From a bacterium (GTDB lineage: Archaea; Aenigmatarchaeota; Aenigmatarchaeia; CG10238-14; SCSR01), in the NCBI GenBank assembly GCA_027310405.1, contig DAIDAX010000001.1:7580-71579 (forward strand): a DNA stretch of 64,000 nucleotides. Direction: 5' to 3'. Made by a program: the position numbers and the translations under genes. Below the pieces are notes generated by a model, which ran no database searches, had not been told where the DNA came from, and worked only from the letters and a program-made list of their open reading frames with translations. This document shows, one piece after another, positions 9,888 to 20,153 of this stretch (positions within the stretch are counted from its first letter, which is position 1; each line of letters opens with the position of its first letter).

Positions 9888-10336
9888 TCTTCATCGACTG
9901 CTTCGACAAGGACTTCCATTTTTGGCTCAGCACGTTTCCTCTCCAAATCTTCTACGTACTTGACAAGACTGGTTGGAGGATAAACTAAATTATTTTTTCC
10001 TGCGTAGAGTTCTGACCATTCGTCGTCTCCGTCCTTGACAAAAATTACTCTGTAGGCATTTCCGTACGGACTGTGCACGCCCACGACAATGTTGCCGTCA
10101 TAAACAAAAACGCCGTCCGGTACATAGACCTTTTTAGTTTGAGATCCGTACTTCGGAAGCAGCTGCGAAATTCTGTTCCCAAAAATTTCGTTGAACAGAT
10201 CCCAGTCGAGAGAATCCATTTCCAGCTTGGTCTTAGCTCTCTCGGCTTTCGAATAGTTTCTATCACTGGGTCCAAGGTCTGCCCAGAAAACATTCAACCC
10301 GTAGTCTGTCTCTGTCTGTACGCTCATGCTACTCAC
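9884..10336 (-). CDS. hypothetical protein
   Basis: 150-aa ORF overlapping the upstream ORF by 8 nt; no family recognised. Confidence 0.6.
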   Translation of the reverse strand: MSSMSVQTETDYGLNVFWADLGPSDRNYSKAERAKTKLEMDSLDWDLFNEIFGNRISQLLPKYGSQTKKVYVPDGVFVYDGNIVVGVHSPYGNAYRVIFVKDGDDEWSELYAGKNNLVYPPTSLVKYVEDLERKRAEPKMEVLVEAVDED

Positions 10337-10922
10337 TTTTCAATCCCAGCATGTCGGGATGTTTTTTCCGGATCTCCTCAACATTTCTTATTATTCCCAA
10401 GTTTAAATTACGGTCTTTGTAAACTATCCCGCCGTCCAAAAAACCACTGAGTTCCTTAGCTGGTAGTCGAGCGGTTGCTTTGTCGATTTCCAATAAAACA
10501 TAACTGACTGGTACCAATTCTATTCCGTCAACAAAAGAATCCGCTGAAAAAACATTTTTCGCTAGATAGCTCACGAATGTTCCTCTGCGCCATTTTGTAC
10601 CTGCTTCTGTTCCACGTTTTTCAACAAAAGGCTTTTCGACTTCGTCTTTGTAAAGAAAATCAAAATCGTCTACAGACAATCTTTCAGGACATCTCAAAAG
10701 TTCTGCTTTTACATATTCAACTGCGCTTCTATGATTGATGGCAAGTTTCTTGAGGTCTTCCAAACCGTCTCTGTAGCTAATTGCCGTTTTTGCAGGAATG
10801 TTCAACGTACCAGTAGCAGGCTTAAATTGGGAAGCTATAGAAATTCCGTCTGGTGTCTCTGTAGGAAATACCACTTGCACACTGTAAATTTCGTTCGGGA
10901 CTCCGTCTGTTGCAATAGACAT
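10329..10922 (-). CDS. hypothetical protein
   Basis: 197-aa ORF with a TATA-like element upstream; no family recognised. Confidence 0.65.
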   Translation of the reverse strand: MSIATDGVPNEIYSVQVVFPTETPDGISIASQFKPATGTLNIPAKTAISYRDGLEDLKKLAINHRSAVEYVKAELLRCPERLSVDDFDFLYKDEVEKPFVEKRGTEAGTKWRRGTFVSYLAKNVFSADSFVDGIELVPVSYVLLEIDKATARLPAKELSGFLDGGIVYKDRNLNLGIIRNVEEIRKKHPDMLGLKSE

Positions 10923-11009
10923 AATTTTACGGTGTTCAAGGACCCATATAAAGATTTCGCTACTTCAGAATAGTAACGTTTATATGTATGTCACCACTTT
11001 GTAGTAACT

Positions 11010-11291
11010 ATGACAAACCTACAGCAACAGATAGAAATGTGCGCTCAGTATGCCCAGAAGTGGAAAGGACTATCCATTTCTAGTTCGGGTTTAGAGGAAC
11101 AAAAAAAGGCTGCTGAGAGAGCATACTTCTGGCTTGAACTGCAGGCTGCTTTTACTTTTTTATGGGCTGTAGAACAAACACAAGGAAAAGATCCTGAAGT
11201 GAAAAAGAAACTCATTGTCGCGAAAACTAATCTTACAAAGAAACTCGTAGATTATGCAGATAAAGTCTGGAAAGAAATGAGGCTTGGTTGA
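11010..11291 (+). CDS. hypothetical helical protein
   Basis: 93-aa ORF downstream of a TTTATA box; abuts the next gene. Confidence 0.7.
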   Translation: MTNLQQQIEMCAQYAQKWKGLSISSSGLEEQKKAAERAYFWLELQAAFTFLWAVEQTQGKDPEVKKKLIVAKTNLTKKLVDYADKVWKEMRLG

Positions 11292-11293
11292 AA

Positions 11294-12061
11294 ATGACAC
11301 TCTGTATAATTTTAAATGGCACTGACAAAGAACGAGGATCTTACCAAGTTTATGGAAGCGACAGCAGAGCAGAAATTTTTCCAATTAGTACCACAGATCG
11401 TGCTGAAAAACATTTCAAAATTGGCAACCAGTCTGGAATATGTGCCGCTGGTGTAGCGAATTATATGAGAGAATTGTTGGATGATATACAATTAGATCCA
11501 ACTGTTGCTTCTGAAAAACAGATACAAAACCTTGCTGGTAAAATTGGTGAAAAATATTTGCATGTTTGGGAACGACATGTGAGACCAAGACGAATACGTG
11601 CTGATGCTTACCAGAGACCAATGGAACCATTTGATCTTCATGTTGCAGTTGGTGGTTTGGACATCGAACCTAAAATTTATTTTGTTGGCGAAGCGGGTGA
11701 AGCGACTCCAATGATTGATGGCTACATAGCACTGGGTTCGGGAGAATATTATGCAAGACCACGAATGGAAGATTGGATCAGAATTTTTGGAGGCAGTCCT
11801 AAACTTCCAAAAGGAATTCCGAAAATGATTCCGGAGACAGCAACTTTCGGTGTTCTTTACGCGTTGGAAGAAGCCAAAAAGAAAACAAGTTCGGTTGGTG
11901 GTGACTCTCATCTCTCAATAATTACAAAAAATGGATGGAAAGATATTGACGACATAATTCCAAAATATAAACCAAAAATTGAAACATTGATGTCAGAACT
12001 TGAAAGCGAACTTGTGAAAAAAGTTGATACCAACTTAAATCAAGATTTAAAGATAGCTTAA
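11294..12061 (+). CDS. divergent proteasome beta-subunit-like Ntn hydrolase
   Basis: M-T-L-C start, GSDSR, EK, ALGSG and SSVGGDSHLSIITKNG match the proteasome beta/HslV pattern; no propeptide. Confidence 0.75.
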   Translation: MTLCIILNGTDKERGSYQVYGSDSRAEIFPISTTDRAEKHFKIGNQSGICAAGVANYMRELLDDIQLDPTVASEKQIQNLAGKIGEKYLHVWERHVRPRRIRADAYQRPMEPFDLHVAVGGLDIEPKIYFVGEAGEATPMIDGYIALGSGEYYARPRMEDWIRIFGGSPKLPKGIPKMIPETATFGVLYALEEAKKKTSSVGGDSHLSIITKNGWKDIDDIIPKYKPKIETLMSELESELVKKVDTNLNQDLKIA

Positions 12062-12085
12062 TTCTCTGAAAAAGAAAATTATTTT

Positions 12086-12226
12086 GTGGTTATTCGAAAG
12101 AGAGGAAGGACTTGGTATCTTTACACGCACGACGGAAAAAGAATTCTAGGAAAATTTCCAACGAAAAAAGCAGCTCTGAAACGAGAAAGGCAAATTATTT
12201 TCTTCAAGTACAAAAAGAAAGGATGA
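12086..12226 (+). CDS. small basic protein (46 aa)
   Basis: Translated by hand: MVIRKRGRTWYLYTHDGKRILGKFPTKKAALKRERQIIFFKYKKKG; fills the gap before apgM. Confidence 0.7.
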   Translation: MVIRKRGRTWYLYTHDGKRILGKFPTKKAALKRERQIIFFKYKKKG

Positions 12227-12239
12227 CAAAATCTAATTG

Positions 12240-13406
12240 ATGAAAAAAATTGTTTACATTGTCGTTGACGGTTTAGCGGATTTACCTATCGATGGTAAGA
12301 CTCCACTTTCTGCAGCGAAAAAACCAAACATTGATTGGCTTGCGAAAAACGGTGTGACAGGTTTTATGAATCTTGTTCCGAAAAATTTACCAGTCTGGAC
12401 CCATATAGCTAACATCTCGATGCTTGGCTATGATCCGAAAAAAGTTTACCATAAACGTGGACCATTGGAAGCTGTTGGTTCCGACATTCCATTGCAGGAA
12501 GGACATCTTGCACTGCGTTGCAATTTTGCGACAGTGGACGACAGTATGAACGTTGTAGATAGACGTGCTGGAAGAAATGATTATGGACTGAATGAAATTG
12601 TGCAATACATCAATTCGCATGTAGACATCGGAGTTCCGTATACTTTCTTGCGGACATACGGGCATCGTGCTGTTCTGATTCTAAAAATGAATCTGAGCGA
12701 TGCAATAACTGACAACGATCCTGGAGTGAATGGAAAAAAAATTATACGCATCACAGGACTGAACAGCGAAGGAATGTATTCTGCAAAACTTGTTCAGCAG
12801 TTCGTCGATAAAGTTTACGAGCTGATAAAGTACCATCCGAAAAATGCAGAGAGAAAACAGAAAGGGATTCCTCCAGCTAATTATTTACTTGTTCGCGAAG
12901 CCGGAAATCGTGTTCAAGCTTTTCCGAAATTCTTGAAGTCTCACAAACTGAAGAAGACAGCAGTCGTCGCAGAGCCCGGAGCGACAAAAGGAATTTTCAT
13001 GTTAGCAGGATTCGATGCTACAACAGTCCCTGAAACAGATTTCGAAGAAAGTTTAGAATTTATTTTTGACAACATCCATGCTTTGCTTCCAGATTATCAG
13101 CTGATTGTTGCACACATCAAGGGTCCTGACGAAGCTGCACATGATGGGAATTTTGACAGAAAGAAAAAAATGATTGAAGCGATTGATGAACATCTTGCAG
13201 AATTCAGAAACAAAAACATTGTTGTAGTTCTCACTCCGGATCATATAACTTCTACAGAAAACATGAAACACGAGCATGGTCCAGTTCCATTTTTAGTTTA
13301 CGGCAAAGGTAAAGATAAAGTAAAAACTTTCGACGAGATGTCTGTTAAAAAGGGTAAACTGAAAAATTACACTCCGAAAAAATTGTTGAATTACATTCTA
13401 AAGTAA
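12240..13406 (+). CDS. apgM: 2,3-bisphosphoglycerate-independent phosphoglycerate mutase (archaeal type)
   Basis: VDGLAD...KTPL, RCNFATV, KGPDEAAHDG, TPDH. Confidence 0.9.
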   Translation: MKKIVYIVVDGLADLPIDGKTPLSAAKKPNIDWLAKNGVTGFMNLVPKNLPVWTHIANISMLGYDPKKVYHKRGPLEAVGSDIPLQEGHLALRCNFATVDDSMNVVDRRAGRNDYGLNEIVQYINSHVDIGVPYTFLRTYGHRAVLILKMNLSDAITDNDPGVNGKKIIRITGLNSEGMYSAKLVQQFVDKVYELIKYHPKNAERKQKGIPPANYLLVREAGNRVQAFPKFLKSHKLKKTAVVAEPGATKGIFMLAGFDATTVPETDFEESLEFIFDNIHALLPDYQLIVAHIKGPDEAAHDGNFDRKKKMIEAIDEHLAEFRNKNIVVVLTPDHITSTENMKHEHGPVPFLVYGKGKDKVKTFDEMSVKKGKLKNYTPKKLLNYILK

Positions 13407-13438
13407 GTTTATTTTCTGCAAATTCGAATTCGAAATAG

Positions 13439-14608
13439 ATGAGAATTCATTCTTTACACGCACGAGAAATTATTGCAACGAATGCAAAAAAAACTGTCGA
13501 AGTTGAAATTGAAACTGACAAAGGGATTGTTCGAGCTTCAGTGCCTATCGGAACCAGCAAAGGAAAATACGAACCCACTTATCTCCCAACTGAAAGTGCA
13601 GTTAATAAAATTCAAATTGTAAAAAGAAAATTCACTTCTCAAGAATTTTCGCACCAAAAAGAAGTTGACAATCTTCTGAAAGACATTGACGGAACTAGTA
13701 ATTTTCGAGAACTTGGCGGAAATACTTCCCTTGCAATTTCTTCTGCATTTCTGAAAGCTTTTGCATTAGATGGTGGGAAAGATTTGTTTCAATTTGTGGC
13801 GGAAGAATTTGAAACAACTCCAAAAATTCCAAAACCTATAAGCATAGTTGCTGGTGGTTGGAAAGGAACAAGCGATATTCAAGAATTTCATTTTCTTCCT
13901 GTTCATCAAGAAAGTTTTCACGACTCGATTTCAAAAATTTCTGAAGCCTACATTAAACTTGGAGAACTGTTTGCGAAATCCGACAAAAGTTTTCGCTACT
14001 CAAAAAATTTGGAATCTGGCTGGTCGACAAGTTTGAACTTCGAAAAAATTCTAGAATTGATGGGAAATATCGCTGACAAGAATTTTTTAAAAATAGGTTT
14101 AGATTTTGCAGCTTCACAAATTTGGAACGGTGAGAGGTATGTATATTCTTCGGGCGAATCATTGACAACTGCAGAGCAATTGAATTTTGTTGAAAAAATT
14201 TTGAAGACATTTCCTGTTTTGTATGTAGAAGATCCATTTCATCAGGAAGATTTCATAACTTTTGCGACGCTGACACAACTTGTACAACCGAAAATTGTTT
14301 GCGGCGATGACTTGTATGCAACTCAAGTGAACCGTTTGTACTACGGAGGCAATGCAAAATCGACAAATGCGATTTTAATCAAACCAAGCCAAGTGGGAAC
14401 AATCTCCGACACAGTTGAAGCAATAAAAGAAGCCCAACGAGAGGGAATGTCCACTGTATTTTCGCACAGATCTGCGGAAACTGACGATACTTTGATAGCA
14501 CATCTCGCAGTCGGTTTAGGTTGCGACTATGTCAAATTCGGAATTGCTGGAGAGAGAACAGTCAAAATAAACGAACTCTTAAGAATCGAAGATAAGTTAA
14601 AATTATGA
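13439..14608 (+). CDS. eno: enolase
   Basis: IQEF, GLDFAAS, EDPF, GDDL, IKPSQVGT, SHRSAET. Confidence 0.95.
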   Translation: MRIHSLHAREIIATNAKKTVEVEIETDKGIVRASVPIGTSKGKYEPTYLPTESAVNKIQIVKRKFTSQEFSHQKEVDNLLKDIDGTSNFRELGGNTSLAISSAFLKAFALDGGKDLFQFVAEEFETTPKIPKPISIVAGGWKGTSDIQEFHFLPVHQESFHDSISKISEAYIKLGELFAKSDKSFRYSKNLESGWSTSLNFEKILELMGNIADKNFLKIGLDFAASQIWNGERYVYSSGESLTTAEQLNFVEKILKTFPVLYVEDPFHQEDFITFATLTQLVQPKIVCGDDLYATQVNRLYYGGNAKSTNAILIKPSQVGTISDTVEAIKEAQREGMSTVFSHRSAETDDTLIAHLAVGLGCDYVKFGIAGERTVKINELLRIEDKLKL

Positions 14609-15639
14609 TCACCATCGATGGTGCAACTGGTTATGGTCAAGTTCTGCGTACGGCGATTGGACTCTCTGCTCTAACTCTCAATCCAATTCGAGTAATCAAC
14701 ATTCGCAAGAATCGACAGAAACCTGGATTGATGCCACAGCATCTCGCAGGTGTGAAAATAGCTGGAGATTTTTGTAATGCATCAATTACCGGAGCTTTGC
14801 CTGGAAGCATGGATGTAGAATTCACTCCAAGATTTCATACATTTTCAGACAAGAAAATTGATGTTGGTACTGCTGGAAGTGTTTCATTACTTTTGCAAAC
14901 TCTTGCTCCACTTTTAATCTTTGCCGATAGATCAGTTGGTTTAGAGATTGTTGGTGGAACTGCAGGTCTTGGTTCTCCATCGATTGAATATACAAAATTT
15001 GTAACTTTTCCTCTGCTTTCTTTATTTGGAATAATTCAACCTACTGTAGAAATTTTGCATCAAGGATTTTATCCAAAAGGCCAAGGATTCATTCGTGCAA
15101 AATTTCATCCAACAAGAAAATTAAATTCGATAAAACATTTGGATAGAGGAAAAGTAGAAAGAGTTCGTGGAATTTCGATTGCAGGATCGTTACCAAAACA
15201 TATCGCGCATCGACAAGCATATTCTGCGCAAAAAATTTTAGTTGAAAATGGAATCGAAGATGTTGACATAAGTATTATCGATAACATTCACACACTTTCA
15301 TCTGGAACTTCATTGACTCTTTGGGCCGAGTGTGAGCATACAATTCTTGGAGCCGACTCTATCGGACAAATTGGAAAACCTGCGGAGAAAGTCGGTGAAG
15401 AAACCGCAAATGATTTGCTCGTTTCAATTAATTCCAATTCAGCTTTTGATAAACATATGAGTGACCAAATAATTCCTTTCATCACTTTGGCTGAAGGAAA
15501 AAGCGAAATCACTGTCGAAAAATTCACAGAACATGTCGAAACAAATCTCAGAGTCACTGAACAAATTCTTGGAGTAAAATTTGAAGTAAATAAATACGAT
15601 AGAAAAATTTCCGTTCAAGGAATTGGATTCAAGAAATAA
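14605..15639 (+). CDS. rtcA: RNA 3'-terminal phosphate cyclase
   Basis: GQVLRTA, IRKNRQKPGL..QH, GTAGSVSLLLQ, GFYPKG, TEHVETN. Confidence 0.95.
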   Translation: MITIDGATGYGQVLRTAIGLSALTLNPIRVINIRKNRQKPGLMPQHLAGVKIAGDFCNASITGALPGSMDVEFTPRFHTFSDKKIDVGTAGSVSLLLQTLAPLLIFADRSVGLEIVGGTAGLGSPSIEYTKFVTFPLLSLFGIIQPTVEILHQGFYPKGQGFIRAKFHPTRKLNSIKHLDRGKVERVRGISIAGSLPKHIAHRQAYSAQKILVENGIEDVDISIIDNIHTLSSGTSLTLWAECEHTILGADSIGQIGKPAEKVGEETANDLLVSINSNSAFDKHMSDQIIPFITLAEGKSEITVEKFTEHVETNLRVTEQILGVKFEVNKYDRKISVQGIGFKK

Positions 15640-15656
15640 AAGTTTGCTACAGAAAT

Positions 15657-15845
15657 TTAAGTGAAAGTCGTCACAACTTTTCCTTTAATTAAAGCCTCTC
15701 CACCTCTCGGTTCAGCCAAAATTTCTCCGCAGTTTGTGCATTTCACAACCGTTGCAACTTTGTTGAAAATAATTTGTTCATTCTTGCATTTTCTACACAC
15801 AACACGTACAAAACGAGAATCTGGCATCGTGACTAAATCTTTCAT
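15657..15845 (-). CDS. rps27e: 30S ribosomal protein S27e
   Basis: SRFVRVVCRKCKNEQIIF...CTNCGEILAEPRGG. Confidence 0.96.
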   Translation of the reverse strand: MKDLVTMPDSRFVRVVCRKCKNEQIIFNKVATVVKCTNCGEILAEPRGGEALIKGKVVTTFT

Positions 15846-15863
15846 ACATCAATCACTCCAATT

Positions 15864-16490
15864 TTATTTAAAAACTAATGAAACATCATCCATTAGTTTA
15901 ACTCCTTGGTAATGTTTTTCATGATATGAAAGATTCATTTCCAGTTCTCTACCTCCGGAAGTATATTCGATGTTCAAATTCCCTCTACCTGTTGGAACAT
16001 CAATCGAAAGTGAAGTTGGAGTTTCAGATTCTTCATCAACATTTTCACTGGGGATACCAGCATACTCTAATTGAATTGAACCGACTCTTATACTAACTTT
16101 TTGCATATCCAGATGGTATCCTTTTAACAAACCAGGTAAGCGAGCTTGAAGTTCATCATGCACATCACGAAGAGAAAGTGTTGATAAATTTTTTCTTAGA
16201 GCGATGTAGCCATAAATTAAATATGTTGCATCTCCAGTTTCTGCAAACCCCTTATATTGATTTGGAAATTTTGGAAGCTTCGGTTCGATACAACCTTTAA
16301 AGCCAGATTTTAGATCCGTTATTTGACTTTGGAAATCCCAATCATCGATCTTCTGTGGTGGAAAATTTTTCAAACTAAAAAATAAATTTCCGCTCTCTAG
16401 TTTTTCCTGTAATTCTTTGATTGACGCTTGATATGGAGTGTTGTAAGGTGGAATTGGTAAAGCTTTTTTTGGAATAGTGAAAAGTCTCAT
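15864..16490 (-). CDS. orphan protein inserted between rpl44e and rps27e
   Basis: ATG at 16490 overlaps the rpl44e stop (ATGA); 208 aa; no family recognised. Confidence 0.65.
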   Translation of the reverse strand: MRLFTIPKKALPIPPYNTPYQASIKELQEKLESGNLFFSLKNFPPQKIDDWDFQSQITDLKSGFKGCIEPKLPKFPNQYKGFAETGDATYLIYGYIALRKNLSTLSLRDVHDELQARLPGLLKGYHLDMQKVSIRVGSIQLEYAGIPSENVDEESETPTSLSIDVPTGRGNLNIEYTSGGRELEMNLSYHEKHYQGVKLMDDVSLVFK

Positions 16491-16771
16491 ACTTTCACCA
16501 GCTCGAATTTTTTCACCCGGAATCCTTCGCCATGCATAGTTTTCTTTCCACAGACTGCACATTTATAGCGGAGATCCATCTTCCTTGTTGGTTTCTCCCG
16601 CTTGCCTGGATTTTCTTTTGGAAAACTACCATAACCCAGCATCTTTCTCTTGAAAATTCTCTGTCCGTGCGTCAATGTTCCTCTTGGTTTTCGCTTTGCT
16701 ATCTCTACAAGATGCTCTGTGTGTTTTTTGCACACCGGACAGTAGATGTTTACTTTCTGTGGAAATTTCAT
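16487..16771 (-). CDS. rpl44e: 50S ribosomal protein L44e (eL42)
   Basis: YCPVCKKHTEH, GYGSFP, KPTRKMDLRYKCAVCGK. Confidence 0.97.
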   Translation of the reverse strand: MKFPQKVNIYCPVCKKHTEHLVEIAKRKPRGTLTHGQRIFKRKMLGYGSFPKENPGKREKPTRKMDLRYKCAVCGKKTMHGEGFRVKKFELVKV

Positions 16772-16803
16772 GCAAATCACTTCGTTACAAGCGAATTTAA
16801 GTT

Positions 16804-17343
16804 TTACTTATTTATTTTGAACTCTTCAACTACTCCGCGTTCAACAAGAATTTTCATGTTGTCCTCTGGAAGTTTAGCGACATCTCCTTTCTTGAACGGA
16901 CCGTAAGTTTTCAAATCGCTTCCGACAAATTCTGGAACATCTTCTTTGAAAAGAATTAGTGTCTCTTTCTCCCCACGTTCGCTCTGTAGAACACGCGATA
17001 TATTTTCGTCTCTCCTATCTTTAATCAACTTAACTAGAGAATTGAAAAAAGTTTTTTCTTCTTCAAGCATGTTCTCAGGTTGCCCATGCGAACGTGCGGC
17101 GATTATTGCAAATTTTAAAATTTTGCTTTCTCGTTTATTAAATACATCCTCAATAAGTCTCTCAATCTGTTTCATCTCGAGAACAATTTTTCTGTCGTCC
17201 TTAAGAGTCAGTTGACGCTTCTGAAAAAGATAATCATTGACAGTTTTGTAAAAATTCTCCGGAAGTTTTGTTAGTTTTTGGATTCTTTGTTCTTCGCGTT
17301 GAATTCTGCGAATCAGTTCAAAAGTTATTGTTTCTTCAGCCAC
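16804..17343 (-). CDS. GINS complex subunit (Gins51-type)
   Basis: LTKLPENFY, KRESKIL..A, PEFVGSDLKTYGPF..GDVAKLP; conserved primase-GINS-L44e-S27e synteny. Confidence 0.88.
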   Translation of the reverse strand: MAEETITFELIRRIQREEQRIQKLTKLPENFYKTVNDYLFQKRQLTLKDDRKIVLEMKQIERLIEDVFNKRESKILKFAIIAARSHGQPENMLEEEKTFFNSLVKLIKDRRDENISRVLQSERGEKETLILFKEDVPEFVGSDLKTYGPFKKGDVAKLPEDNMKILVERGVVEEFKINK

Positions 17344-17383
17344 ACCTATCAATTTACTATACAAGGAGCAAGCTTAAAACGTT

Positions 17384-18679
17384 TTATCGTTTCTTCATTT
17401 TCTTCTTCTGCTTTAGTTGTCTGAGTGGCCAGTTCACAGGATTTTTTATTCCCTGTGCATGCAAATCATTACAGAGTTCATACAGTCCGAGAGACTTGTA
17501 GAAATTTTCATTATCACAATTAGGTGGAAGTAGAGTACGTTCTTGCTGACCGAAATGCCACCGTAGCTGAGCGCGTATATAGTTTGAGCGAAGTGGTGGA
17601 TAATTTTTTTCATTCCACTCCGTAACTTTCTTTTCAACATCTTCGTCAGACCAATTCATGCTACGCAAAAAATTAATCAAAATAAAAACAGAACGTTTTC
17701 TGCCTTCTGTCATTCCCTGCAAAATTTTTTTTATACATGGCGGAAATAATTCTTCAGGAACTGCTTTGAATTTTCTAACTGTTACCGGTTTGGGAATTTC
17801 TGGCTTAACTTCGACAATGTATTTGCTTGCCCAATCTAATGCTTCGATAACAAGCGGTTCAGCATCGTGGGATGAAATTTTTTGTTGTAAGAAACTTTCT
17901 TCAACTTTGACTTTCTCTGACTGTGCATGTTCTTTTTCAAATCTATCTAGATTCTGAGGTTTCAGTGGAACACTGACAAGCAAAGTTTTTTCGTGAAGAC
18001 TGTACGGCATTCTGAACAAGTGTCTGGAAGAGAAAAGATCGAAAGATACAACCTTGAATGGGAGTAGTCCTTGTTCATTCGTGATTTCCGCAATTGGTTT
18101 GTTTATCCTCTGGGAAATTTCTTGCAAAGAGCCAAAAGAAAGTAAATCTTCTTTCAATTGGTCTTTGATGTACCATTTTAGAAACTCGATTATTCTATGG
18201 AGTAAATCTGGATATTGTAGTGATGTTAGTTGCAAATTTATTTTTTCCGGCATTGATTCGAATGGAATTCCAATGTGAAAACTTTTTCCGCCCGAAAATT
18301 TTAATGAAAAACTATTCACTCCAAAATCCTTGAACACTTCTAAGATTCGCTTGACTGTGATTTTTGCAATTTCAAAATCAGCCACATCAGGATCGATAAA
18401 AATGTCCCAACCTTGTCTCATGTTGTCCAACTCTGCTTTTGACTGACCTGCAGTAAGTTTCATTGGTTGGTTCCAGCGTTCTACAGAACAGTGAAAAGAA
18501 ACAGCGCCATTTGTAACTTCTTGTGCAACATCTCCTATGTACTGCAGAACGTTTGGTCTTTTTCCAAACTGTCCATCTTTGTAGACTGAAACGATTTCTC
18601 GATTTTTTCCAAAATTAATCAAGAATTTCTGTACAGATTCCCGAGAATACCAGTTCCAGATTTTTTGTTCTGTTTGCAT
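17384..18679 (-). CDS. fused DNA primase (PriS catalytic + PriL C-terminal domain)
   Basis: GWDIFIDPD and FSGGKSFH AEP motifs, RHLFRMPYSLH, then FPPCI...LPPNC Fe-S-type domain. Confidence 0.88.
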   Translation of the reverse strand: MQTEQKIWNWYSRESVQKFLINFGKNREIVSVYKDGQFGKRPNVLQYIGDVAQEVTNGAVSFHCSVERWNQPMKLTAGQSKAELDNMRQGWDIFIDPDVADFEIAKITVKRILEVFKDFGVNSFSLKFSGGKSFHIGIPFESMPEKINLQLTSLQYPDLLHRIIEFLKWYIKDQLKEDLLSFGSLQEISQRINKPIAEITNEQGLLPFKVVSFDLFSSRHLFRMPYSLHEKTLLVSVPLKPQNLDRFEKEHAQSEKVKVEESFLQQKISSHDAEPLVIEALDWASKYIVEVKPEIPKPVTVRKFKAVPEELFPPCIKKILQGMTEGRKRSVFILINFLRSMNWSDEDVEKKVTEWNEKNYPPLRSNYIRAQLRWHFGQQERTLLPPNCDNENFYKSLGLYELCNDLHAQGIKNPVNWPLRQLKQKKKMKKR

Positions 18680-18745
18680 CGAATCTCATGAGAGCTAATT
18701 GAGGCCCTCAACAGTTAATTGAAAGAAAGAGTTTAAATTGCTTCT

Positions 18746-20149
18746 TCACACGTGTTTCCACTTCACACCCTTAGGAGTGTCTTCCAAAACAATTCTGTAT
18801 TTTTCCAAAAGCTGTTCGCGTATCTTGTCTGCAGTTTCAAAGTCTCCAGACTTTCTTGCTTTTTCTCTTTGTGCAATTAATTTTTTTACAACGGGAGAAA
18901 TTTTTTCTTTCTTAACTTTACTCAAGTTCAACCCCAAAACCTTATCGATTGTCAACAAAAATTCTCGGACATTTTTTGCATCGCTTCTGTTGATTTCTCT
19001 TTTATCAATTAAGCGGTTTATTTCATTCATGAGTTCGAAAATTTCTGCAAGTGCCTCGTTTATCTTCAAATCATCATCCAGCTTGTCTTCGAATTTCATT
19101 AATGAGTGTTTGATTAGCATTTCAACGTCGCGATTATGTTTTCCGGATTTTACATCACCGAGTCTTTGGATGAAATCATGAATTTTTTCGACTGCGTTTT
19201 TCGCCGATTGAAGTGCAAGATAAGTAAAATTCAATTGCTGCTTGTAATGTGTTGACAGTAACAAATATCGAATTGCAATTGGATCGTAATCTTTTTCCAA
19301 AAGTTCGTGCACAGTTATGAAGTTTCCTAATGATTTTGACATTTTCCTGCCTTCGACAAGCAAATGTTCACCATGAATCCAATATGTTACAAAAGGTTTT
19401 CCAGTAGCTGCTTCACTTTGTGCAATTTCATTTTCATGGTGTGGGAACATCAAATCTATTCCGCCAGTATGAATGTCAAAACTTTCTCCCAGGTATTTCA
19501 TCGACATTGCAGAACATTCCAAATGCCAGCCAGGTCTGCCTCGTCCAATTCCTACATCCCAAAAAACTTCTCCATCGTTTTCGTCCCAAAATTTCCACAG
19601 TGCAAAATCTTGCGCTTGCTCTTTTTCGTATAAATCTGAACGAATACGTGCACCTGGTTTCAGTTCAGAAAGTTTCAGCTTAGAAAGTTTTCCGTAATCT
19701 TTGAACTTTGAAATGTCAAAATAAATTCCATCCTCAGTTTCGTATGCAAATTTTTTCTGCAAAAGTTTTTTTACGAGTGCTACCATTTCTTTGATGTGCT
19801 TTGTTGCAGGTACTAGCACTTCTGGATTTTCAATGTTCAGAGCTTTTGCATCTTCAAGAAATAAGTCTGTATACTTTTGTGTAAATTTTTGAAGTGGTAC
19901 TCCTTCATTTTGTGATCCTTTAATTGTTTTGTCATCAACATCAGTCAGATTCATTACTTGTTTCACTTTGAATCCTTTGAACTTCAACCATCTGCGCAAC
20001 AAATCTTGCCAGATGTATGTTCGAAAATTTCCAATATGTGCATAATCGTAAACAGTCGGCCCGCACGTGTACATTCTAACTTCCCTGTCTTTCAATGGCT
20101 GAAAAATTTCTTTTTTCCTAGACATTGTGTTGAAAATTTTAAATGTCAT
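18746..20149 (-). CDS. cysS: cysteine--tRNA ligase
   Basis: [35 protein letters not shown]. Confidence 0.98.
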   Translation of the reverse strand: MTFKIFNTMSRKKEIFQPLKDREVRMYTCGPTVYDYAHIGNFRTYIWQDLLRRWLKFKGFKVKQVMNLTDVDDKTIKGSQNEGVPLQKFTQKYTDLFLEDAKALNIENPEVLVPATKHIKEMVALVKKLLQKKFAYETEDGIYFDISKFKDYGKLSKLKLSELKPGARIRSDLYEKEQAQDFALWKFWDENDGEVFWDVGIGRGRPGWHLECSAMSMKYLGESFDIHTGGIDLMFPHHENEIAQSEAATGKPFVTYWIHGEHLLVEGRKMSKSLGNFITVHELLEKDYDPIAIRYLLLSTHYKQQLNFTYLALQSAKNAVEKIHDFIQRLGDVKSGKHNRDVEMLIKHSLMKFEDKLDDDLKINEALAEIFELMNEINRLIDKREINRSDAKNVREFLLTIDKVLGLNLSKVKKEKISPVVKKLIAQREKARKSGDFETADKIREQLLEKYRIVLEDTPKGVKWKHV

Positions 20150-20153
20150 CTAA

